From assembly GCA_028534125.1 (NCBI GenBank), contig CM052816.1, forward strand, positions 39,682,001 to 39,746,000: DNA of 64,000 bases, in the 5' to 3' direction. The position numbers were made by a program, and so were the translations under genes. This DNA comes from Lama glama. Taxonomy: Eukaryota. Positions 40,391 to 50,770 of this stretch are shown here, piece after piece; the stretch's first letter is position 1, and each line of letters opens with the position of its first letter. Below the pieces are notes generated by a model, which was not told the origin of the DNA, ran no database searches, and saw only the letters and a program-made list of their open reading frames with translations.

Positions 40391-40531
40391 TTCCCTGCTT
40401 CCCTCTCCCACTCTTGATGATTTAGATGTCTTCTTTTACAATTTTGTGTTTATTCTTTTTGTAATTCATGGCAGTTATCTCCTTTCCAGTTACAAGTTTC
40501 TCATTTTTGTAGCATCCTGCTTCTTTTTTAT

Positions 40532-41435
40532 TTACAGTAGACCTGTGAATATTTCTTTTAGCATGGGTTTAGTGTTGCTAAACTCTTTTAGTTTTTGCTT
40601 GTCTGTGAAGTTCTTTCTCTCTCCTTCTATTCTAAAGGATAGCCTTGCTGGATAGAGTATCCTAGGCTGCATCTTTTTTTTCATTCAGGACTGTGAATAT
40701 ATCTTGCCACTCCCTTCTGGCCTGTAGTGTTTGTGTAGAGAAATCCGCTGAGAGCCTTATGGGGGTTCCCTTGTAACTCACTCTTTGTTTTTCTCTTGCT
40801 GCCTTTAGGATCCTTTCTTTATCCTTGACTCTGGCCATCTTGGTTATGAAATATCTTGGTGTGGGTCTGTTTGGGTTCTTCCTGTTTGGGACCCTCTGAG
40901 CCTCCTGTACTTGGATATCTGATTGCTTCTTTAGGTTTGGGAAGTTTTCAGTCATAATTTCTTCAAAGACCTTTTCAATCCCCTTTGTTCTTTCTTTCCC
41001 TTCTGGAACCCCTATTATGCATAGATTGGCAAGCTTTATATTATCCCATAGGTTCCTTGTATTGTTTTCATTGTTTTTTATTTGTTTTTCTCTCAGCTGT
41101 TCTGATTGGGTGCTTTCTGTTGTCCCGTCTTCTAGATCATTTATTCATTCCTCTGCATTATCTAGCCTGCTTTGTACAGCCTTTAGGTCAGCTCTCATCT
41201 TAGCAAATGAGTTGACTAATTCTACTTGATTCTTCTTTATGGCTTCTATTTCATTTTTGACATATTTTATATCTCTAAACACTATTTCTTTAAGTTCCTT
41301 CAGTACTTTGATCAGTCCTTTTTTGAAATCTTGATCTAGTAGGCCATCAATGTCTATTTCCTTGATCGTGCTTTCAGGGGATTTCTTTTGATCTTTTAAT
41401 TGGGAGTGGTTCCTCTGCTTCTTCATATCGCTCAT
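40532..41435 (-). pseudogene. L1 ORF1p (about 300 codons), disabled by one in-frame TGA (41145-41147) and a frameshift in the homopolymer near 40673-40682
   Basis: MSDMKKQRNHSQLKDQ...RLDNAEE*INDLED...LWDNIKLANLCIIGVPEG...MTENFPNL...PTPRYFITKMARVKDKERILKAAREKQRVSYKGTPIRLSADFS...QARREWQDIF / MQPRILYPARLSFRIEGERKNFTDKQKLKEFSNTKPMLKEIFTGLL*. Confidence 0.93.
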
Positions 41436-42771
41436 ATCTCTCTGGCACTGTGGCTTAAGGAGTATCAGTTATCTAGTTCTCCTGGAGACGGTGTGCTCTT
41501 AATGATTTTATCGAGTGGTCTTTGTGTCTTCACCCTGTTTCGCGAACTCAGGTTGCTGTTTCCAGAGGCCCTCTGTTGGTGCCCTCATCTGTGCTGCTCC
41601 CAGTGGCTGTCAGCTAGCAGATTGTGCCCCCTCCTAACACTGGGTCAGGAGCTGAGCTCTTACCTGGTGGGTGGGTGGGTCACTCCCCCTCCTGATGCCG
41701 CAGTCAGATGCTACCCTTGGGGGGAGGCAGATGGGCGGATCGCACCCCCTCCCAGCACAGTGGTCAGATGCTGCATTCCTGCCAGGAAGAGGGGTGGCTG
41801 CCTGCCCTCTCCCGGCGCGGTTTGCTCTGCTGCTCTGTGTAGTTGCCCACTTTGCCTTGGGTTGGCGCTCAGAAGGCGGGCTCAGGGAAGACCATGGAAC
41901 GGCCCCACCCCTGCTCTGTGCCAAATCTCGGCTCCTTGTTTGTCTTGGCAGCACGAGTTCTCTGAGGTGCCAGAGCAGAAAGATCCTATCTGCCTCAAGC
42001 TGTAAACAAGTCTCAGTCCTTCCTAGGAGGTTGCAGAGCCCCTGGGTGTGGATTCAGGGCTCAGCCCCACCCCTGCCTGGGCACTGCACACCGGAGGAGA
42101 TGGCGGCTGTGGCTGTGCCCCGCCTCTCTTCTTTTGAGAAGCGCTGGTAATGGCGCCACCAGTCTGAGAAGACAAAGGCTACAGTGCCCCTGCCCCCCAG
42201 GATATATGGCACACCAGCCGTGTTGCTTTGTTTTTTTCACAATTTATGGGGGACCGAGGTTATTCTGCTCTGTATCCCCTCCCAGCTGCGGCACGCAGCC
42301 CCCTACAGTCCGCAGGGCTGCCTCAGAGCAGCCACCCCAGTCCTCCGCCTGGCTCGGGTGGCCTGGCCCGGCCCCCAGCTGCTGGCTTGCGTCTCAGGCT
42401 GGGTGTTGGGGGGACCCTCTGTGCCTGTTTAACTCAGTTCTGTCAGTCAAGGGGTGCTCAGGGCAGATATGAGCCTCGGAGGCTCCCCCTCCATCCTGTT
42501 GGCCTCTCCGTTGGAGACGGGAGACCCAGCAAAGGACCCAGTCCTCCTTTGTCACTCGCTCCCTGCGGGACCGGTCCCGCACTGTTTTGCTTTCTCTTCT
42601 TTCCTACCAGATTTTTGGCATCTTTGTCTTTTGAAGAGGGCGATATACTGTCAGAGTTCGGCAGGTGCTCTGGTTGGCTGAGTGGGTCTGTAGATGTGAG
42701 TTTTAGTGTATTTGTGGGAGAGGGTGAGCTATAAGCGTCCTTCTACTCCACCATCTTGCTTCTCTCTCATC
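41436..42771 (-). promoter_or_regulatory. L1 5'UTR internal promoter; the only long GC/CpG-rich segment in the window, with a YY1-like motif near its 5' end
   Basis: Minus strand CAAGATGGTGG at 42748-42758, one C>T change from the YY1 motif CAAGATGGCGG, about 13 nt from the 5' end. Confidence 0.7.
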
Positions 42772-42820
42772 TAACCTAACTTTAATCAACCAATCAAGAA
42801 TCAGTCTTTTAGAAATATCT

Positions 42821-43068
42821 TTTATGAAGTGTCTGATCTAAAATTTTGATCATTATTTTATTGAGTTTTTTCTTATTGTTCAGTTTTGGGAGTTCTTTAT
42901 ATATTCTGGATACAATTTCTTTCTGATTTGCAAATTGTTTTCCCAGTCTGTGGCTTCTCTTTTTACTCTCTTGAGGGTATCTTTCAAAGAGCAGGAATTT
43001 CTAGTTTTGATGCAGTCCAATTTATTAACAGTTTTCTTTTATAAAATATAATTTTTGTGCCAGATCTA
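42821..43068 (-). repeat. Local direct duplicate of ancient L1 segment 54513-54756
   Basis: Manual alignment gives roughly 85-88% identity over about 245 bp, including a 51-bp exact match. Confidence 0.8.
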
Positions 43069-43104
43069 TCTGTCTGTCTGTCTGTCTGTCTACCCATCCA
43101 TCTA
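43069..43104. repeat. (TCTG)n / (TCCA)n microsatellite
   Basis: Direct inspection. Confidence 0.85.
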
Positions 43105-45374
43105 TGTTTGTTTCATAGCTTATTTTTGAGGTGTTAAGTTATTAATACATGTTGAATCTCCAAAGGTTTATGGTGCATGATCTTTAAATAAAATGCATTA
43201 CTGAATTGTTTTCTTTTTTGGGGTATCTTGAGAAACTACATTTCTGCAGAATGCACATTAGGAAATTATGTTTTCATTTACTGCACAAGAATCCACAGTA
43301 TCCTAAAAATCAGACTAAAAATACATTTTGAAATTCACATTTCTGGTATTTCTAAGACTGAAACAGTTTTGTGATATGCAAGGTGCCAATGATGCTTCTA
43401 GTATTGCAGTGGCATCACGTTGGCTATGAAGTGTATTTAAAAAGCCTATTTAAAAAAGTTTTTAATAAGGAGAGAAACTGCATATGCTGCTGCTTACTTA
43501 CTTTTTTTCTAATGTAGTATTTAGTATTCAAATACACACCACGCCCAATTTGCCTTTTCCAGAGCTTAACATACATAGAGAATCTAATAAATAACAGGTA
43601 ATTTCTCTCCTAATTCCTCATTTACTTGAGAACCATTAAAAGTAAAACAGCTTGCTCTAAAAGCATATTTTATAATATGGCATTCTAAGAATTTTAAAAT
43701 GTACCAGAGGTAAGAATTATTTTCTAGGAATACATTATAATAGCATTGGGAAAGATCTAAGAGGAATATAATAGGAAGTCACATTAAAAAGAAGTACCAT
43801 TCTCTCTTTAAGGTAAAAAATAGTACTTATTACTGTGTTTGCAATTCCATAATGCTTTTCATTTGAACACTTCAAATGTTCAGTGTGATTATAATGTGGC
43901 AAGTTTACCTAACAGACTTGGGAGAACAAGGGTGGTATGTAAGTGAAAACATTTTATGTTTTTAGAGAAAATTTGTTTTCAAAGCACTGAGAGCTGGTTT
44001 TATCACTGTAGATATAGAAAAGGGAGTTTTTCTTTTCCTGACTGAAAACTTTCAGGAAATTAATGAGTCAGAAAAAAATCAGATATTTGGATGTGTATTC
44101 ATGATGATAGCAAATGCTTATTTATCCAAGTAAAATACTAAATCCAAAAAGATAGGCCAAAAGATACAACACATAGTAAAGTAGTGAAAACTCTCCTGGG
44201 ACTTCTTTAACGTGTTAAGAACATCTGGTTGTATGGGCCTGTTCAGTGTGGGCATACACCACATCCGAGGAACTCTGAGTTAACTTGCCCTCAATACTTT
44301 TTTACGATAGTCAGATCATATGGCTGCTTCCATGATAATAAAACTACTCCAGAACTGCATGTCTCAGAAACCTTGCTTCTGTATTCCTGGTGGTAGATTT
44401 ACAACCATGCTGCACGGCCTGGAACTGGTTAAATTAACAGGTCTTCACACACAACATAGGCATCACCACACACAAACACGTCCAGGCTAGGGGCTTTGCA
44501 AGCAACAGATGGTGCTCTACCACATTGAGTAAACGCTCACACTGTACCTGATATTTCATGAAGCAATTTGTGAAGTTCCTTTATGTTCTGAATAGAATGA
44601 CTGTCCTTCTAAAATCACTCTCAATTAACCCATCTACAGTGCTGGCATATAAGTTAAGGAAGAGTTCTTATAGACAAGCCTCGCTTTTCTTGGATGAAAA
44701 GAAGAAAGACAAAGGTAAAAGTTACAAGAGTATGGGTGGGGCAAAGTATGGTTACAGAATCTGCCCTGTTTTTCTATCATTAGCAGAATATATGATTAAA
44801 AAAATTATAATAGTCTGAGTGGATTTACTTAACCCAAATGTATTCAAGGAAGAAGAGCTAACACAGAGAGGAGCTTTCAGAGGGGGAGCTGCCACACTCA
44901 TGGGCCAGCAGGGGCAGAGTCTCTTCTAGTGTGAGACTGGCCTTGCCCGACCAATGTATACAAGAAAGCCAATTAAAACTAAATACAGGGCACAAAGATA
45001 CTTGTTTGCATACTGTTCCCCTATTTAATTTTTCTACATTTCAAGACACAGTTTTTATACATTTCTTTTTACTGTGAAACATCCACTAAATACCAAGTAT
45101 GTAAAAGACACTCTCAAACATCACTATCATCTTTTAACTCACAATATACTCCAGAAGAATATTATCACTTAACAGATGAAGAAAATTCAGGCTCAGATTA
45201 AACAATTTGATCCCAGTCATTGAAATTAACAAGGATAACAGGAAAAGCTGTTATATTAAAAAATGCTAAAGTTAATTCCTTTATTATCTGGCCCATTAAT
45301 TTATTCATACATTGACTATTTGCTGAAGGCCTCTAACATTCAGTACTGAGATCAGTAAAAGGGGTATGTCATGG

Positions 45375-45800
45375 TCACTGTCAGTACCTTTCCAGGAGTC
45401 ATTCTCCCACTTTCTATCTAACATAAGGCCAACCTCATTTGAGGAAGCTCCAGGGAACATCTCATGGTTGACCCTGGTCAATCATAAACCCACTGCCCTT
45501 TGGTGGTCATACTTTTCTCACTTCTCTTGCAGCTATGGTTGGTCATGTGGTCCAATTAAGGACAAGAAAAAATTTGTGAGGCATTATTTCTTTAACTGAA
45601 AAAATCACAGCCCCCTCAAGGAGAAGACCAAGCTCATGCCCTTTCTTTCTGCTAAGTTGCTGGAGAAAGGAAGTATTATTTGTAACTGTAGTAGCCATCT
45701 TGTGAGCATAAGTCAAAGACACAGGCCAACAGGTTGGCGAGAGCGGAGAGGATGAAATAGGTTGATGGTAACACTGAGTAAACTCCGGCATACCTCTGAA
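45375..45800 (+). mobile_element. Old MaLR LTR (MLT1I/J/K-like)
   Basis: 'cttctcttgcagctatggttggtcatgtggtccaatt', 'gtagccatcttgtgagcataag'. Confidence 0.55.
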
Positions 45801-45940
45801 AGTTTACAAGTTAATTGGTTAGGAAAGCCTTTTTCTAAGGAGTGACACAGACCCGAAGGATCAGTGAGAATTAATTAAGCAAAGTGTCTTCTCAAGCAGC
45901 TGTGTAGCATAGTGTGTTTAAGAACTGGCATATACAATAT

Positions 45941-46552
45941 TGTGGAGAAAAGGATTAACTTTGCCAAAAGAAATATTTGACTTTTGTTCTCAGCTCCTGG
46001 GAAATAATCTCTAAGCCCTTGGAAGGTTCAGCCTGATAAAAGTATCGTTGGCCCACATCACAAAGTCTCTATGCTAACAATGTGATTTATGGTGGTCAGG
46101 CTTACAGGAGCAGGAACCCAATACCTGGAGGGGCTCAAGCTCTGGAAGGCCTGGAAACTAATGTCAGCCATGTGTGCAACCAATCATTTCTACATGACAA
46201 AGACCCAGTGAAAACTCTGTGGACACCAGGCTCTGGTGATCTTCCATGATTGCCAATATTCCATGCATGTTGTCTCACACAGTTGCTGAGAGAAGTAAGC
46301 TCTGTCTTCACCACTCCACTGTGACAGGCCAGCTGGACGGTCCACCCTTAGAGTTCTCCTAAAACCTCTTCTTTGGCTGATTTTAATCCATGTGACTTCA
46401 TTGAAATATACTGTAATGATGAGTAACACAGCTTTCTGTGAATACTGTGAGTCTATCGAGCAATTTATTAAAACTGATGGTAGTCTGGGGGACCTCCAAA
46501 CTTTCAGTTGGTACCAGAAGTAAGGGTGGTTTGGTGGACTCCTGAACTTTGT
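45941..46552 (+). mobile_element. Solo LTR, MER21-like
   Basis: 'cagctcctgggaaataatctctaagcccttggaa', 'gacccagtgaaaactctgtggacaccaggctctggtgatcttcc', 'gagtaacacagctttctgtgaatactgtgagtc', 'ctttcagttggtaccagaagtaagggtgg'. Confidence 0.8.
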
Positions 46553-46750
46553 AAATGGTTTACAAATTATACACAATACTCAAATGCCAAAAAATGTAGC
46601 ATTCTCTAATTACATTATTTACTACATCAGGTTCTTGTCTTTCTATGAAGAGTTATCTGTTGATGGTTGGAGATGGTGTGTAGAATTAGGTAACTTCATT
46701 AAAGGAAACCGACTATTTCCATTTCAAATAGTTTTTTTTTTGATCAGTCC

Positions 46751-47209
46751 TTCTATTAATTTCCTAGGGCTGTGTAACAAAGTATCACAAACTGGGTGGC
46801 TTGAAAAAAACAGAGATTTATTATCTCACAGTTCAGGAAGTAGAAGTCCAAAATCAACGCATCAGCAGGGCCAGGCTCCCACTGAAACCTGTAAAGAAAA
46901 CTTCCATCACATCTTCCCAGCTTCCGGTGATTTTCCAGAGATCCTTGGCATTCCTAGGCTTGCAGCTGCAGCACTTCAGTCTCTGCCTCTGTCATCATAC
47001 TGCCTTCTTCTCTGCTTCTGTTTCCAAATTTCCTGCTTCTTAAGACAACTGTAGTCATAATGGATTAAGAATCCACTGTACTCCTGAGTGGTATCTTCTT
47101 AGCTCATGACATCTGCAGTGACCTTGCTTCCAGACAAGGTCATATTCTGAGATACTGGGGACTATGTCTTCAATATATATTGTGGGGGGACACAATTCAA
47201 CCCGTAGCA
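46751..47209 (-). mobile_element. MaLR solo LTR, MLT1C-like
   Basis: 'ttaatttcctagggctgtgtaacaaagtatcacaaactgggtggcttga', 'ccttggcattcctaggcttgcagctgca', 'gggggacacaattcaacccgtagca'. Confidence 0.85.
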
Positions 47210-49074
47210 GATCTCATTTCTTTCACTTTTGTCTGTTCATAAGGTACTGTGGCACATGGAGAACAGCATGTGTTTCCACGGTGACTCTAGCTCAGTGACA
47301 TCCACACTACAGCTCCGGCAGCTCAGTGGAGCGCTCATGCTTTCCTGGCTGGGAGGACTTAGGATGGGCTGGCAAGTTCTCTCAGGTTCTGCTCCAAAAA
47401 GCTGCTAGGATTTCATTACTAATCCGTTTCTCTAGAAAACTTCCACCCATTTTTCACAGTAGTGGAGAACAAGTCAGGACACTCATTTGGACCCCTCTGT
47501 TTCCTCTCCTCCAGGTTGGTTCCACTTTTCATGTGGTGGACGTTTTAGGAGAGCAGTGGGTTTGGAGGAAGGGTATGTTGATGTGGGAAAGGACACAGTC
47601 TCATATCTGGACTGCGGGAGTGACAGATTCAGCTCTGCACTGGGTCATTAGAACACAGTCACTGTGGAGATACTCACTGGTAATAAACCCTAGTTTTCGA
47701 AGTTTCTGAAATGATAATAATGCTCTGCTGGGTCAGATGTACCAGTTCAAAATAAATGCAGTGCACTTTTATTCTCTGACCTCTAGTCACTAAGGATTAA
47801 ACACAACTCTATTTTAAGACCTCCATAATGTTCTCTTTTTAAAATTAGAAAACCTGTTTCTTCTATGCTATGGATTTTAAAAAATACAATTTTATAGTCT
47901 AGCAATGATTTTGCTGGCCAGTGGCATTAACCCTTTTACAAAGCACTGAAACTAGGTAATACATTAAAGTCCTCATGGTTTATACTTTAAGGTTAATAAA
48001 AATTAATCCATAAGTTAAAAAATATTCTATGCATAAAAATGGCAGTTGTACTAGAATTTATGGACTTAATGGCAATCTGGCTTTCATTGTAGAATGCCCA
48101 TATAATTTCCTGGACCACTCCTAAGCACACTAGATGTTTGGTTATAATGGCACCTTAGACGTGATTTGGGGATGAAGGTGCTCTCATAGATATTTCTGAG
48201 ACAAAGCAGAGAGAAGTCAAACCTCCAACTGAAATAGCCACCTTGAATTTAGTGGTTTAAGGTTACCTGCTTGAGTCATTAATCAAGCTTATTCCTTTGA
48301 TCCTCTTACGGAGACGTATCTCTTTTTCGGGACTCTTCTGAACATGTACAGATTTGGAGAAATGATAACTAAAATTCTCTTAATTTCTGTGTTGTAAACC
48401 CAAGGAAAAAGAGCAGCCAAAAGACTAGGATCAAAGTAGAGTATCATCTGAAGCAAAACGTGACTGGTCAGTTTGGTTCATATATGAGACAAAAATGTAT
48501 CTTTCTGTTCCTTTTCATCTAAATTGGATTAGTGTTGCCACTGATTTATCATCTTCTGGATTAAAAAAAATCGACACTAGTGACCCTTTTAGTTTTGCAA
48601 TTAAAAATGAAATATCAACAGTTTTTTTCCTAGCAGAAAAATTAATTCAATAAAATAAGACTGAAGAATTAAAGACCTACTTATCATAAATTAGTTGACT
48701 CTCGATAAACTTTTTTGCCCATCTTTGGGGTAATACAGCAACAGCTCTAAAACAAGCTCTATTATTTTCCTCTTAAGGATTTTGTCTGCCCTAGGCCAAG
48801 ATATTTGTCTTTGGCAGTCTTGAATGAGTTCCTATTCAGACAATTGAGAGATAATTTAAGAAAAATCATATTGATATGAGTCTCTGTTCACATCTAGAAA
48901 GACACTGTGGAAACGCATTGCTTTGAACATAGCTTAGTCCACAATGGACCAGGCCATTAAGCTGTATAATCTAGAGGTTTTGAACTATAATAAGTTATCA
49001 TACAATTATATATCATGCATAAAGTTAAAAATACGAACAAATTAAATGTAGTCATATAAAAAATGTGATATCTC

Positions 49075-49289
49075 ATGCCTAAGGGTATTCATTCTACAAA
49101 CCCAAGAAGAATGGAATAGAATAGAATAGAAGGGTGAAATGTAATTCAATGCAATAAATCAATATAATCTACTACATTAACAAATAATAGGTAATATTCA
49201 TATAGGTAATCTCAAAAGATGCAGGAAAAGCTATGGATAAAATTTAATATCCTTTGATGATGAAATTACAAATAAATTAGAAATGAAGG
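49075..49289 (+). mobile_element. Ancient L1 ORF2 RT-region fragment
   Basis: 'aatctcaaaagatgcaggaaaagctatggataaaatttaatatcctttgatgat' is a decayed version of the ISIDAEKAFDKIQHPFMI motif. Confidence 0.6.
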
Positions 49290-49708
49290 TGTGATAGGCT
49301 GAATAATGGCACCCTCAAGATGTTCATATTCTAATTTAACACGTTACATCACATAGAAAAGGGGAAGGAAGGTAGCTTATGGAATGAAAGTTATTAATAA
49401 GCTGACCCTAAAATAGGGAGATTATTCTGCATCATCTGGAAAACGGGCCCACTATAATCTCAAGCCTCTTTATAAGTGAAACAGGGAGGCAGAAGTGTCA
49501 GTGTCAGAATGATGCAGTGGTCACGCCAGGGTGGTGAGCCAAGGAATTTAAGCAGCTTCTAGAAGCTGGTTTCTCCCCTAGAGGCTACAGAAATTAATGC
49601 AGCCCTGCCGAACACATTTGATTTTAGCCCAGTGAGACACATTTGGGACTTCTGACTCCAGAAGTGTAAGATAATAAATGCGTACCTTTTTTGATAATTA
49701 AGTTTACA
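49290..49708 (+). mobile_element. MaLR LTR, MLT1D/E-like
   Basis: 'tgtgataggctgaataatggcaccctcaagatgttca', 'gctgaccctaaaatagggagattattctg', 'gacttctgactccagaagtgtaagataataaat'. Confidence 0.8.
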
Positions 49709-50524
49709 TTCCGTATGATTTGAGGAAGGAAGTAGAAGGAAAAAATGAAGAATAGGAGAAAACAGGAAATGTTTAGAATAGTTAATAATAAGACTTTTGA
49801 GAGGGAAATTATCAGAGCTAAAAGAAAAAAATCTTGGCCACCCTTGCAAAGCTATCCTCCCCCCAGGTTGATTCCATTGTAGTATATGCCACACCATCTA
49901 CCAGGTATCAAAATGGGATGTAGGAATTTTCTGAGCTGTTGCTTCTTCCCTAACCCCTAGACACTGATTCACCAGCAAGTCTTTTCACTTACGTATCTAC
50001 GAGCTTTTCCTTGGTGATATTGTCAAGATCCCGGCCCTTGTTCTCAGGCAATCTTGATAGTGACATCTTTGTCCAATTTTTATAATGATCGAGTCTACAT
50101 AATGTTTTAAAATCAGACTGAAGTCCAAACTCTTGGGAGGTCTTCAGCTCTCCCCACAAATCACCATAACACAGACACAGGTGTTTTGTATTTTCTGTTT
50201 CATACGCTTAGAATGTGCTTTCAATTCTTGCTGCACATCTGACTCATTTTCATCTTTCTTGTTTCTGTTAAGATGTCATCTTTTCACAGAGGCCTTATAT
50301 AAAAACCCAATCTAATGTATATGAATGAAAGGAAATAAGTAAGATGAATTCCTTAGGGAAGTACAACATTCAAGAATATTTCCAGAACAACACCACACAC
50401 GTTTCCCTAGGGATATATTTAACCTAATAACCCAAGAAAAATGAAAACAGACCCACACTATGTAGAAACTACTATGTATTCACTGACCTTTGTCTCTGAG
50501 CTAAACTGGCGCTGCAGCTGTTGC

Positions 50525-50770
50525 TTTCTCTACGCTCTTCCCACGTGTGCTGGACAGATATAAATGATCCAGCAGAGGACTCCTCCATGGCCCTAGTGAT
50601 TTTCAGATGGACAACACAGGAGGAGCCTGAAACATCGCACAGAAGGCCACATGTGTAAACCAAGTACTTTCCAGACTGACCGTCAGATGAGCTAGAAAGT
50701 GGTGTCTGTTGTGGTAAGAAACAGAGACTTGAGGCGGTTTGTTACAGACGTAGCCCCTGTGATTAACACA
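50525..50770 (+). mobile_element. Old MaLR LTR fragment (MLT1H/I/J-like)
   Basis: 'aggaggagcctgaaac...tgttgtggtaagaaacagagacttgaggcggtttgttacagacgtagcc'. Confidence 0.5.

Larger units (their letters stand above)
39730..42771 (-). mobile_element. Lineage-specific L1 with complete 5'UTR, ORF1 and 3' end but ORF2 almost entirely absent; 13-bp TSD
   Basis: TAACCTAACTTTA at 39717-39729 and 42772-42784. T-rich tail at 39730. ORF2 C-terminus at 40046-40390, ORF1 at 40532-41435, GC-rich 5'UTR at 41436-42771. Confidence 0.93.

Noticed and set aside
41400..42734. Long overlapping ORFs (201, 159, 168 and 112 aa) antisense to the L1 5'UTR, superficially ORF0-like
   Set aside because: GC-rich sequence is poor in stop codons, several frames are open at once, most ORFs use non-ATG starts, and no domain is recognisable.
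44901..44918. CTCF-like GGCCAGCAGGGGCAG
   Set aside because: One G short of the core spacing; not supportable without ChIP data.
46190..47054. 128-aa and 156-aa ORFs
   Set aside because: They lie mostly inside MER21-like and MLT1C-like LTRs and are chance read-throughs.
47326..47709. 127-aa ORF in apparently unique sequence
   Set aside because: GTG start, no recognisable homology and no supporting splice structure.
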